Made by a program: the position numbers and the translations under genes | Notes under the pieces: generated by a model | Databases searched by the model: none | Told to the model about the DNA's origin: nothing | Seen by the model: only the letters and a program-made list of their open reading frames with translations | In this document: piece after piece, positions 7,115-17,114 of the stretch | Layout of the letters: the number at the start of each line of letters is the position of its first letter | Numbering within the stretch: the first letter of the stretch is position 1 | NCBI GenBank assembly: GCA_050331235.1 | Contig: JBHJHA010000051.1 | Coordinates: 1-21,265 of the forward strand | Direction: 5' to 3' | DNA from: Leptolyngbyaceae cyanobacterium | GTDB lineage: Bacteria > Cyanobacteriota > Cyanobacteriia > Phormidesmidales > Phormidesmidaceae | DNA: 21,265 bases

Positions 7115-8602
7115 TTAAGGATTGAGTTTTTTGCTGAGGATCTGATTGGTGAGCTTTGGGTCAACCCGACCACTCGTTCGTTTCATCACCTGTCCCACAA
7201 AGAAGCCCTGTAGCTTTTTCTTACCGGCTCGATATTTTTCCAACTCATCAGGATGGGCCGCGATCACTTCGTCAATGATGGCAGCGATCTGATCGGGGTC
7301 AGAGATCTGGCTGAGCCCTCTCTCTTCCACAATGGCTTGGGGCGACCCCCCTGCAGTCAAGAGATCGGGCAAAATATCTTTGGCAATCTTGGTGCTGATG
7401 CTTCCTGATTCAATCATTTGAATCATTTCCGCCAGCATCGTTGGTTTGAGGGCAATGTCATCAATTGAGCGTTTCTCGGAGTTTAGATAGGCAGCAATGT
7501 CTTGGGTGATCCAGTTGGCCGCCAGCTTGGCGTCTGCCCCTGACTGGACAACCGTTTCAAAGTATTCGGTCACGGCTCGCTCATCTGTGAGGACGCGGGC
7601 ATCATAGGGGGATAGGCCCAATGTCTCTTCATAGCGAGTGCGGCGTTGAGCTGGGAGTTCTGGCAGCTCTGATTGCCAACTCTTTAATTGCTCTGGCGTC
7701 ACTTCAATGGGGGGCAGGTCAGGTTCAGGAAAATAGCGATAGTCGCTAGAGCCTTCTTTAGAACGCATACTGATGGTGCGCTGGCTTCCCTCTTCCCAGA
7801 GGCGTGTTTCCTGAAAGATTTTTTCGCCCGCTTCGATCGCCGCGATCTGTCGATCAATCTCATACTCAATCGCTTTTTGAATCGCGCTGAAGGAGTTCAT
7901 GTTCTTGATTTCGACTTTGGTGCCGAACTTTTCTTGGCCGACTGGTCGCACTGAGATATTGACGTCGCAGCGCAGGGAGCCCTCCTGCATGTTTCCATCA
8001 CTGACTCCCAGGTAGCGCATAATGCGGCGCAACTCTTGGGCATACTCTGCCGCCTCTTGCCCACTCCGCAAATCTGGTTCTGACACAATCTCAACCAAAG
8101 GCACACCGGCTCGATTGAAATCCACCAGAGAATAAGCCGAGCCCGAGAGGCGATCGCTACCGGCATGGACCAACTTACCCGCATCTTCTTCCATATGAAG
8201 GCGAGTGATGCCGATTCGCTTGCGAGTGGCCTCCTTAGTTTTGGGATCGACTATCTCGATCTCCAGCGAGCCATGCTCAGCAATGGGTAAGTCGAACTGC
8301 GAAATTTGATAGTTTTTCGGCAAGTCAGGATAAAAGTACTGCTTGCGATCAAACTTACTGTAGGGAGCAATTTGACAGTTCAACGCGAGTCCCGCCTTGA
8401 CCGCATATTCCAGCACCTTTTGATTGAGCACTGGCAGCACCCCTGGCATCCCCAGCACAATGGGGTCAATGTGAGTGTTGGGGTCCGCTCCAAATGTCGT
8501 GGAGCTCGGCGAAAAAATCTTGGTTTCGGTACTCAGTTGACAGTGAGTTTCCAGGCCAATAACCGCTTCATACTGAGTTTTGGCAGGGGCAGCAGACGTC
8601 AT
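7115..8602 (-). CDS. gatB: Asp-tRNA(Asn)/Glu-tRNA(Gln) amidotransferase subunit B
   Basis: YEAVIGLETHCQL, FDRKQYFYPDLPKNYQISQ, LHMEEDAGK, DFNRAGVPLVEIVSEPD, EGSLRCDVNIS, DYRYFPEPDLPP, GFFVGQVMK. Confidence 0.99.
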   Translation of the reverse strand: MTSAAPAKTQYEAVIGLETHCQLSTETKIFSPSSTTFGADPNTHIDPIVLGMPGVLPVLNQKVLEYAVKAGLALNCQIAPYSKFDRKQYFYPDLPKNYQISQFDLPIAEHGSLEIEIVDPKTKEATRKRIGITRLHMEEDAGKLVHAGSDRLSGSAYSLVDFNRAGVPLVEIVSEPDLRSGQEAAEYAQELRRIMRYLGVSDGNMQEGSLRCDVNISVRPVGQEKFGTKVEIKNMNSFSAIQKAIEYEIDRQIAAIEAGEKIFQETRLWEEGSQRTISMRSKEGSSDYRYFPEPDLPPIEVTPEQLKSWQSELPELPAQRRTRYEETLGLSPYDARVLTDERAVTEYFETVVQSGADAKLAANWITQDIAAYLNSEKRSIDDIALKPTMLAEMIQMIESGSISTKIAKDILPDLLTAGGSPQAIVEERGLSQISDPDQIAAIIDEVIAAHPDELEKYRAGKKKLQGFFVGQVMKRTSGRVDPKLTNQILSKKLNP

Positions 8603-9141
8603 AACAAACCGCGATCGCTAATTGACTTAGCCATTCTAGCGCTCACAGCGGCACGATAAGTTGAATCAAGCGCCGTGAGACGACATTTGCCATTGTCTTT
8701 CCATCAGCCGCCGTGCCCGCTGCTCCGAGCTTTTTCCTGACCTACACCGTCAGCCGATTACGGTACCGGGCGGCTAACTTTCAAGGCACAAATTTTGACA
8801 AATTTTCCATTCAAGGAAAAATTAAAACTGTTGCGTAGAAGACATATTTTCCAACAGTTACTCGTTCAGTAATAGCGATTTTTATGCCCTAAAAGAGTTG
8901 CCAAAAGAGCCATTTGCCACACTGCGATCGCAACTCACATAGCAGGAAAACTAGCATATCACTTAAGTCGAGAAAGCATTCCGGTAGTAAGGCCATTTTG
9001 CATTGTGTCCTGAAAATCACATCAGTTCACGAAAAGTCCGTAAAGTGAAGACGTGGTAATATCTTGTTGGATTTTGTTACTTGTCGGGTCTGATAAGCGC
9101 CACGAGCCAGAATCTCAGGGACAGACGTTAAAGGCTGACAC

Positions 9142-10218
9142 ATGAATTTATCGACCAACGGTGCAGATACTGAAATTCAGACTCCGGCTCACCCTATTCG
9201 AGTAGGTGTGATCGGGGTCGGCAATATGGGACAGCATCACACTCGAGTTCTGAGTCGGCTCAAAAATGTTGAACTCGTCGGAGTCTCTGATATCAATGTA
9301 GAGCTCGGACTCGATACCGCCAGTAAATACCGTGTCCGATTTTTTGAAGACTATCATTCACTCGTCGATCATGTTGATGCCGTTTGTGTGGCTGTCCCAA
9401 CTCGGCTACACCACACTGTTGGCATGCACTGCCTCAAAGCCGGCACCCATGTTTTGATAGAAAAACCTATTGCCGCCAGCATTTCCGAAGCAGAGTCCTT
9501 AGTCAATGCTGCTGCTGAGTCCAACTGCATCTTGCAGGTTGGCCACATCGAGCGATTCAACCCTGCCTTTAAAGAGTTGCATAACGTTCTTCGCACCGAA
9601 GAAGTGCTGGCGTTAGAAGCACGGCGCATGAGTCCCTATTCTGATCGAGCTAACGACGTTTCGGTGGTGCTCGATCTGATGATTCACGATATTGATCTGC
9701 TGCTAGAGCTAGCCGGTTCTCCCGTTGTCAAGCTGTCTGCTAGTGGTAGCCGCTCGTCAGCCCATTCTGGCTATCTCGATTACGTGACTGCTACCCTTGG
9801 ATTCGCCAATGGCATTGTCGCAACTTTGACGGCTAGCAAAGTCACTCACCGCAAGATTCGCACTATCTCAGCCCACTGCCAAAACTCCTTAACCGAAGCT
9901 GATTTTCTCAACAACGAAATTCTCATCAACCGTCAAACAACGGCCAATACGATGACCAACTATGGTCAGGTGCTATACCGTCAAGATGGTCTGATTGAGA
10001 AGGTTTACACCAGCAACACCGAACCGCTTCACGCTGAGTTAGAGCACTTTGTCAATTGTGTTCGCGGCGGCGAAAAGCCCTCCGTAGGCGGCGAACAAGC
10101 TCTGAAAGCGCTGCGTCTTGCTAGTTTAATTGAACAGATGGCCTTAGATGGTAAAGCCTGGAATGGAGAAGATTTGGCCGCATCAGGCATAGAAGCTAAC
10201 GCCGTCGTCGTCCAGTGA
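9142..10218 (+). CDS. Gfo/Idh/MocA family oxidoreductase
   Basis: IRVGVIGVGNMG, HVLIEKPIA, LQVGHIERFNP, VVLDLMIHDIDL. Confidence 0.95.
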   Translation: MNLSTNGADTEIQTPAHPIRVGVIGVGNMGQHHTRVLSRLKNVELVGVSDINVELGLDTASKYRVRFFEDYHSLVDHVDAVCVAVPTRLHHTVGMHCLKAGTHVLIEKPIAASISEAESLVNAAAESNCILQVGHIERFNPAFKELHNVLRTEEVLALEARRMSPYSDRANDVSVVLDLMIHDIDLLLELAGSPVVKLSASGSRSSAHSGYLDYVTATLGFANGIVATLTASKVTHRKIRTISAHCQNSLTEADFLNNEILINRQTTANTMTNYGQVLYRQDGLIEKVYTSNTEPLHAELEHFVNCVRGGEKPSVGGEQALKALRLASLIEQMALDGKAWNGEDLAASGIEANAVVVQ

Positions 10219-10585
10219 TCCATGTGCTGAGTACAGAGCAACCTTCCGGATCTTGTTGGCTTAGCTGAATTTCGCCCATGAAATCGTTTCTGCATTTTGC
10301 CGGGGATGTGACGTGGTGCTGAGGGCAAATTATGCTGGCACAGTAATCCTCACAGCACTTAGATTCCATCGTTTGAGAAAGCTTAGTCGTAGGTTACAGC
10401 TTTTCCTATCCATACATCCTCTAAAAATCGCCATTGTGGAAACATCGTCTAGATGTAAATCTCTTTAATCAAGGGCGACATCTTTAATGAAGACAATCTA
10501 TGCTTTGAGCGGATCGGTTTTGCGCGATCGCATCCCCAGTTATCTCTAAGAGAGTTGACTGTTGCTTGTCTCAGGATGAGAAACC

Positions 10586-11440
10586 ATGGCAATAAATCAT
10601 AGATTGATCGCTGGCACTGCTCTAGCCCTCGTTGTGACCGTAGTTGCGAGTCGGGCCCTGTCCCAAGGTTTAGACAGCGACTTTGAGGCATTAGCAGCCT
10701 GCGATAAGTTAGACGCGATCGCCGGGACTGGCAAATCAGTCTCTGACTACATAGTGGGTTCCGGTTTTGAGCAGTTCGCCGCCGCTGTTGTCGCCGACTG
10801 TCCCAAACATTTGGTGGGCCTAGGTCAAGCGTGGGAAGCCATGGCGGCCGACCCCAGCTTTGATATGTTTGCACGGCTCTCTCCGTGCGCCCAGCTCAAC
10901 TCTATTGAGAGCGATGGCAAATCAGTCTCTGAGTTTATCGTCGAGTCGGGCTATGACGCGTTTACTCAGCCGGTGCTGGCAAACTGTCCTCGCCATTTGG
11001 AATCCCTTGGCATAGCTTGGCAGCGGTTGAACCCTAGCGATGAGCCTCAGGGAGAGGGACCTCGCGCTTTTGCCGACCTATCCCCTTGCGAACAACTTGA
11101 TGTCATCGACGGTACCCCCGGCAAAGCCGTCACCGACCATATATTTCTATCTGGGATTGAGGATTACGCTTTCGCTGTGAGGAATCAGTGCCGACGACAT
11201 ATCGAAGCTTTAGCAGCTGCAGAACAGCGATCGCGTACGTCAAGCAGCACTATGGATGCCGATTTTGAAAGCCTTGCCCCCTGCCAAAAACTCGACGTCA
11301 TTGACGGTACTGGCAAATCCGTACCTGAATACATCGCCACATCCGGGGTCGATGAATTTACTGCAGACGTTTATGCCATGTGTCGCCGCCACATCGGCAA
11401 TCTAATCGAAGCTCAACGCATGGTTGAGAATGGCAACTGA
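10586..11440 (+). CDS. Exported protein with four tandem ~62-aa Cys-pair repeats (unknown family)
   Basis: Sec-type signal peptide (MAINHRLIAGTALALVVTVVASRALS). Four repeats F..L..C.(K/Q)L..I...GK(S/A)V...I..SG...(F/Y)...V...C.(R/K)H. Cys pairs at 39/72, 101/134, 168/202, 233/266. Confidence 0.88.
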   Translation: MAINHRLIAGTALALVVTVVASRALSQGLDSDFEALAACDKLDAIAGTGKSVSDYIVGSGFEQFAAAVVADCPKHLVGLGQAWEAMAADPSFDMFARLSPCAQLNSIESDGKSVSEFIVESGYDAFTQPVLANCPRHLESLGIAWQRLNPSDEPQGEGPRAFADLSPCEQLDVIDGTPGKAVTDHIFLSGIEDYAFAVRNQCRRHIEALAAAEQRSRTSSSTMDADFESLAPCQKLDVIDGTGKSVPEYIATSGVDEFTADVYAMCRRHIGNLIEAQRMVENGN

Positions 11441-11889
11441 GCTCCCAAGTCAACCTTTTCGACCCTCAGAGTTGAGGCTGACAGGCAAGCTTTTATTAGT
11501 TCGCACGAACTTGTTTTTTACTATTGAAACGAAAACTTTCAACCATAGTTGCAGTCTCCATTACAGTTTTCTACAGCCCAATGCAAAGCTTGGTTGATTG
11601 ACTTAACCAACAAAATATCCTGCAAAACCTAAAGCATTTTTTGCTCGTACAATCCTGAAAATATATGAGTTTCAAAACTCAGGTCAAATGAGTATATCTG
11701 AATTTATCCCCATGGACTAATCAAAAAAAATCAGGCATTTTTTAGTCATCGGGTTAAACATCAGCTACCACTTCATTGCACCTTGCTTATTTAAGCATAA
11801 GTCAGAGGAGTGTGACATTTAGCTCGGCAGAAAGCCCCTTCCTTTGAAGGTCAACTAATTGTCATTGTCGGAATCAAAGGGTAAATGCA

Positions 11890-12741
11890 ATGCATCAATG
11901 TCTTCTAGCTAGCGTGCTCGCTCTTATCAGCTTCGCTATCGGCTACAACACTTTGCCTATAAGTCAAATATTGGCTTATAGGACTAATGGAGTACGTTGC
12001 CAAGAACTCAACCGGGTATCAAAATTAGGAGAGAAAGAAGTCGTCCGCTTTATTGCTCAGCATAACGTTCAGGAATTTGAAGAGCCTATTCGAGACTTGT
12101 GTCAAGAATACATCGATGAATTTGAATCAGCTTGGTCAGAATTTGCCAGTGATCCAGATTCCTTTGAGGACCTATCAACTTGTGAGAAACTTCAATCTGC
12201 TAGTGGTGGCTCGCAAAGCATAGTCAAAAGAATGGAGCAGTATGCGGCTGAATATGTCAAAGATCAGCCTAGTAGATCCATATTTATTGAAGAAGTTTTC
12301 GACAGCTGCCGCCATCATCTTGATTCGGCAATTGTCTATTTGTATCCTGAAGCTCCTTCTCCAGATAGCCAGTCTGTATCAAATCGTAAAACAGCATTTT
12401 GCCAGGAACTAGACGAATCTAGAGCGCAGGGGAAATCAATTGCGCACGTCATTTTTGATGCCGGAGTTCTAGATCGAACAGCTGAAATCATGTCTCATTG
12501 CGAAGACTATCGCAATGAATTAATTTCTGCTTGGTCTATGCAAGCATTTGAAGAGCTTCCAGCCTGCGAACAATTGAGAGTCGTTGCTGAAGTTTCAGAA
12601 GAGCAGCAAGAAGTTCTCAGGTTCATGCTTGGATCTGGCTTAGACAAGTATGCAGATTGTCAATATACAGACATTCAAAAATTAATCGAGGAGGAGGAAA
12701 TTCCGGCCACTCAAGAGGAGCTGCTCACAAGAAGGCGTTGA
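11890..12741 (+). CDS. Exported or membrane-anchored protein, diverged paralog with four Cys-pair repeats
   Basis: Hydrophobic N-terminus. Cys pairs at 37/71, 98/140, 171/204, 226/257. Shares FEDLSTCEKL, GKSIAHVIFDAG, CRHHL and AW...DP.SF motifs with the upstream gene. Confidence 0.82.
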   Translation: MHQCLLASVLALISFAIGYNTLPISQILAYRTNGVRCQELNRVSKLGEKEVVRFIAQHNVQEFEEPIRDLCQEYIDEFESAWSEFASDPDSFEDLSTCEKLQSASGGSQSIVKRMEQYAAEYVKDQPSRSIFIEEVFDSCRHHLDSAIVYLYPEAPSPDSQSVSNRKTAFCQELDESRAQGKSIAHVIFDAGVLDRTAEIMSHCEDYRNELISAWSMQAFEELPACEQLRVVAEVSEEQQEVLRFMLGSGLDKYADCQYTDIQKLIEEEEIPATQEELLTRRR

Positions 12742-12843
12742 TAAAACCAGGCATAGCTCATTGGGGTGAGTGCCCCAATGAGCATTCCTCTCAACCATGA
12801 GGTTCGTGTTATAACAGGCGTGCCGTCAGGTCGCCGCATCGCA

Positions 12844-14145
12844 ATGGACCCTACTTTTCTCCGCAGTTTTTTTAAAGCATCTAATCCCGGTAATCCTGTC
12901 GCTGACCCGCGCTACTACATCAACTTTGCTGATGTGCGAGGGGGCGACATTGTGCGCGAGTTGGCACGCACCATTGTAGATTTATCACCCGATGAAGCAA
13001 CTACTCAACTGCTCACAGGGCATGTGGGATCTGGCAAATCCACTGAACTTTTGCAGTTACGCGGGCAGCTCCAAGAGGCCGGATTCCACGTTGTTTATTT
13101 TGACTCGGGTCTCGATTTAGAGATGGCCGATGTCGAAGTGACCGACATCTTGCTAGTAATGGCCCGCCAGATCAGCGCTAGTTTAGAGGGAGAGGGTATT
13201 AATTTAAAGCCAACTTACTTTCAGCGGCTGTTTCGCAGCATTGTCGATACGTTGCAGATGCCAATAGAAATTACTGACGTATCGTTATCAGTCGGCATCG
13301 CTGAAATTACCGCCCAGTCTAAGGAAAGCACCAATCTACGCAACCAGCTCCATCAATACCTAGAACCACGCACGCGAAATATCTTAGACGCGATCAATTC
13401 AGAGTTACTGACACCAGGTATTGCCCAACTAAAGGAGCAAGGCAAACAAGGGCTAGTGGCGATCGCCGATAACCTCGAAAAAATGTTGCCTAACCCGAAG
13501 CCAACGGGACGATCGCAGCCAGAATATTTGTTTGTCGATCGTGGTGAGCAGCTCAAGCGGTTAGACTGCCACGTCATTTATACGATTCCCCTAGAGCTGG
13601 TATTTTCCAACGACCTACCAATTTTGATGAACCGCTTTGGCATGCGCCCGCGGGTGCTCACCATGGTGCCCGTGAAGACCATCAGTGGAAACATCAATCC
13701 CGAGAGCATGACCAAGCTCCAGCAGATGGTGATGGCGCGTGCCTATCCCGATTTGTCGACAAGCGATCGCCTGCGTCACATTCCTGATATTTTTGATGCT
13801 GCCCCCACGTTAGATCGCCTCTGCATCGCTAGCGGAGGCCACATTCGCAACGTGCTGCGTTACGTATCAGGCTGTTTGCGCAAACAGGGACTCCCCATTA
13901 CCCATGACACCCTTGAGCAAGAGCTACGCGATGAGCGGAATGAGCTACTTGGCATCATCGATGAAGCGGAATGGCAATTGCTCCTGCAGGCTGTCAAAGC
14001 CCGCACCTTCCAGGGCAATGATGAGTACAATAGTTTGTTACGGAAGCTATTTTTGTATGAATATCGGGACAACCACGGGCGTTGGGTTGACATCAATCCT
14101 GTATTAACCGAAACCGAGGTCTATCAACAGTGGATGGGGACGTAG
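12844..14145 (+). CDS. P-loop ATPase (AAA/STAND-like cyanobacterial ATP-binding protein)
   Basis: Walker A GHVGSGKS (13018-13041), Walker B-like LVAIADNLEK, ASGGHIR and WVDINP motifs. Start chosen at ATG 12844 (MDPTFLRSFFKASNP); GTG 12766 is possible. Confidence 0.88.
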   Translation: MDPTFLRSFFKASNPGNPVADPRYYINFADVRGGDIVRELARTIVDLSPDEATTQLLTGHVGSGKSTELLQLRGQLQEAGFHVVYFDSGLDLEMADVEVTDILLVMARQISASLEGEGINLKPTYFQRLFRSIVDTLQMPIEITDVSLSVGIAEITAQSKESTNLRNQLHQYLEPRTRNILDAINSELLTPGIAQLKEQGKQGLVAIADNLEKMLPNPKPTGRSQPEYLFVDRGEQLKRLDCHVIYTIPLELVFSNDLPILMNRFGMRPRVLTMVPVKTISGNINPESMTKLQQMVMARAYPDLSTSDRLRHIPDIFDAAPTLDRLCIASGGHIRNVLRYVSGCLRKQGLPITHDTLEQELRDERNELLGIIDEAEWQLLLQAVKARTFQGNDEYNSLLRKLFLYEYRDNHGRWVDINPVLTETEVYQQWMGT

Positions 14146-17114
14146 AAAACACCATCGGTCGCTCCCACTCGGATGCTGAGCTACTCCACTACAACCAAGC
14201 TAAGCTGGCGGAGTTACGGAATACGCTGGAGATTTCCAGGGGTGAGTTTTGGCTTGTCGCCGTCGCCTGCGATTACCACCGGCTGCGCAACCTCATCAAT
14301 CAAAATGTGGTTGATGCTGGACTAGCGGCGGTAATGCAGAACCCACGTCAGTACACCAACCTGCGTGAAACCAACCAGCAGTCCATGACAGTCCCAGACC
14401 CACCGGCGCTCTCGATAGTCGGGCTCGACTACCTCACGGTAGCTGATTTACAGGCTGTGCTGCGTGCCACCAATATGGGGCGTGACGACTTTCGCCAGCA
14501 GTTTCCATTTCCCATCGTGCTGTGGATGAATCGCCGCGTTCAGCAGCAGTTTGTGCAGTACGCCACCGATTTTCGTAGCTTTTCCTCGGCTGCTATCAGC
14601 TTTGAGTTGCCCCCTGGAGAGCTCATCTACTCCCTCAGGGCGGGCACCCAACAGCTTTTTCTAACCATTTTGGCGCGAGGGGGCGATCGCGAACCATCTA
14701 CCACCTCTATTCGTCTGATTGGCAGCGACGCCCTCCGCAGCGAGCTCGAATTTGCCATTCAAGATTTAGCGGCGCAACACCTGGAGCCCGACCCTAGCCT
14801 GCAGGCTGGTTTAGACTTTTTGCAGGGACGCGAGGCCCACAGCCGCCTCGAAATGGAAAGGGCCCGCGCCCAATATGAAAGCAGCTTGGCGTTTTGGCAG
14901 GCTCAGATAGCTGCTTACGATGTTTCCGATCTTGAGAACAATCATGAGCTCACTAACTTTGACCGTCGAGCCGTGCTGTGGCTCCACCTTGGGCTCTGGT
15001 GGCGCAGCTATGCTGTCATTCAACGGGTCACCTACAATAATTCGCTCCGGCAGGCGAGACAATATTTTGAGCAGCTGATTGGGTATTTTCGCGACCAGGA
15101 GCAAACCGTTCATTTAGCTCGGTTCATCCATGTTTTGGCTGAGGTTATACAAAAGCAGCACGATTGGTCAGCTTTAGAGTCCCTGGCAAACGAAGGGATC
15201 CGGCTCCATCAGGAAACCCATGACCCCATAAGGCTAGCGCGCGATCGCGGTTTTTTGGCTGAAGTTGCCCTGATTCGCGAAGACTGGTTGACGGCCCTCA
15301 ACGAAGCTGAACAGGCCCTCACTATTCTCCAAACTGCTGAGCATATTGATGATGAGGGCCTCGCATCAGATATCGAACTCACCAACGCGTTAGAAATTGC
15401 TAAGAGCTTTCAGCGCGGCTGGTATCGCTTTCTCAAGGGTGAGGCGCAGATGCATCTCACCAATCCCCAGGCTGCCATTCAATATTTAGAAGCCGCCCGC
15501 GAAGAAACCGACCCCGACGTTGACCTTACCCTACATCTGCGGGTCTTAGAAGAGTTGATTCATCATTACTTCGAGCTGGGCGATTACGGAAAAGCCTTCA
15601 AAATCAAGCAAGAGCGCCGCCGCGTCGAATATCGCTACAGCCTGCGGGCATTTATCGGAGCTGGTGCGGTGCAGCCCCACCACCGCATTGGTAGCAATGC
15701 TAAAAAGTTTGATGAGATTACGCAAAATGCCGTCGCGGCTGAGATTCGCGCCTCTGGTCGGCTTCACGATGTTGAAACCCTCGCCCAGCGATTACAGAGC
15801 AATCCCCATTCCATCATCATTATTCATGGCCCTTCTGGTGTAGGCAAAAGCTCCATTCTCACCGCGGGGCTGCTGCCCACCTTAAGAAATCGAGCGAGTG
15901 CAATCGGGGGCAATCCCACCATTCCTATCTTGGTGCAAACCTATGGCAACTGGCAGCAAATCCTGAATAGCGAACTCGATGAGGCCCTTGCACCTTGGTT
16001 GGAGGTCCCTTCCGTCGCCGATCCTGAGGCCTCCATTACCATCAGTGACCTGATTGCTAAACTGCGATTCGGCATTAGCAAAAACCGCTCGTTCATTCTC
16101 ATCTTTGACCAGTTTGAAGAGTTCTTTTTCGACAAGGATGAGTTGAGCGATCGCCGTCGGTTCTATAAGTTTCTCGGTCACTGCATCGACCAGCCGTTTG
16201 TCAAGGTTTTGCTGGCTCTGCGCGAAGACTATCTACACCACCTTCTCGAAACCGAACGCATTATCAACCAAACTAGCAGCCTACAAGATCAAGATTTGCT
16301 CAGTCGTGAGCAGCGCTATGCTCTGGCCAATTTCCCCCCCACTGCCGCCGCTGAGGTGATCCGTCAGCTCACCAACGCTGCCCAATATCCCTTGCCCGAC
16401 GATTTAGTCCAGCGGCTAGTCACCGACCTCGCGGCCGAAACCGGTGACGTGCGACCCATTGAGCTCCAGGTAGTAGGGGCCCAGCTCCAGCGGGACGATA
16501 TCAATACGCTGGCCCAATACGAAGCGATCGGAATTGCTCCCAAAGAACAGCTCGTGCAAAAGTATTTGGCTTACGTAGTCAAAGACTGTGGCCCCCCCAA
16601 CGAACGCCTCGCCTGGATTGTGCTTTACCTCCTCACCGATGAAGATCGTGAGCAGCGGTTTTATCGACCGCTTAAAACACGAGAAGAGCTGGAATATGAG
16701 CTTGCCTTATTAGAAATGCCCTTCCTGTACCACCAACTCACCTTGGTGATATCGATTCTGGTTGGTTCGGGTTTAGTATTTCAAATTCCTGAAGAACCTG
16801 AAGACCGCTATCAACTCGTCCATGATTACCTAGTACGTTACGTACGTGATGTGCAAACACCAGGGCTAATGGTAGAGCTAGAAGCAGCCCGAGAAGCCGC
16901 AAAAGCGGCCGCCGCCGCCCAGGAGATAGCAGAGATTGAGCGGGATAGATTGGCGGAAGCAAATGCCGTGTTAGCGGCTGCAAATGAAGAAGCAGATGCA
17001 GTTGTGGGCAAAGCGCGACGGCGAGCCAGCATTTTTACCGCATTAGCCGTTGCCAGTGTAATTTTGGCAGTGGCAGCTTCTATCATTGTCGCCAACACTA
17101 ATCGACTGGCCTAA
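14130..17114 (+). CDS. Large nSTAND1-type NTPase: degenerate NTPase-like N-terminus, TPR-like helical region, STAND domain, coiled coil, C-terminal TM helix; probably C-terminally truncated
   Basis: Walker A GPSGVGKS (aa 567-574; 15828-15851) followed by SILTAGL, Walker B LIFDQFEEFF, LREDYL, RPIELQVVGAQLQ, YQLVHDYLV. Ala/Glu-rich coil, then TM IFTALAVASVILAVAASIIVA (aa 968-988). GTG start overlaps the upstream gene by 16 nt. Confidence 0.85.
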   Translation: MDGDVENTIGRSHSDAELLHYNQAKLAELRNTLEISRGEFWLVAVACDYHRLRNLINQNVVDAGLAAVMQNPRQYTNLRETNQQSMTVPDPPALSIVGLDYLTVADLQAVLRATNMGRDDFRQQFPFPIVLWMNRRVQQQFVQYATDFRSFSSAAISFELPPGELIYSLRAGTQQLFLTILARGGDREPSTTSIRLIGSDALRSELEFAIQDLAAQHLEPDPSLQAGLDFLQGREAHSRLEMERARAQYESSLAFWQAQIAAYDVSDLENNHELTNFDRRAVLWLHLGLWWRSYAVIQRVTYNNSLRQARQYFEQLIGYFRDQEQTVHLARFIHVLAEVIQKQHDWSALESLANEGIRLHQETHDPIRLARDRGFLAEVALIREDWLTALNEAEQALTILQTAEHIDDEGLASDIELTNALEIAKSFQRGWYRFLKGEAQMHLTNPQAAIQYLEAAREETDPDVDLTLHLRVLEELIHHYFELGDYGKAFKIKQERRRVEYRYSLRAFIGAGAVQPHHRIGSNAKKFDEITQNAVAAEIRASGRLHDVETLAQRLQSNPHSIIIIHGPSGVGKSSILTAGLLPTLRNRASAIGGNPTIPILVQTYGNWQQILNSELDEALAPWLEVPSVADPEASITISDLIAKLRFGISKNRSFILIFDQFEEFFFDKDELSDRRRFYKFLGHCIDQPFVKVLLALREDYLHHLLETERIINQTSSLQDQDLLSREQRYALANFPPTAAAEVIRQLTNAAQYPLPDDLVQRLVTDLAAETGDVRPIELQVVGAQLQRDDINTLAQYEAIGIAPKEQLVQKYLAYVVKDCGPPNERLAWIVLYLLTDEDREQRFYRPLKTREELEYELALLEMPFLYHQLTLVISILVGSGLVFQIPEEPEDRYQLVHDYLVRYVRDVQTPGLMVELEAAREAAKAAAAAQEIAEIERDRLAEANAVLAAANEEADAVVGKARRRASIFTALAVASVILAVAASIIVANTNRLA

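Noticed and set aside
8603..9141. Long divergent intergenic region between gatB and the oxidoreductase, scanned for riboswitch, tRNA or NtcA-type sites
   Set aside because: No convincing structure or consensus site was recognised by eye.
10586..12741. Multiheme c-type cytochrome interpretation of the Cys/His repeats
   Set aside because: There is no CxxCH motif. The pattern is C-X30-41-C-x-x-H/Y, which does not fit canonical heme c attachment.
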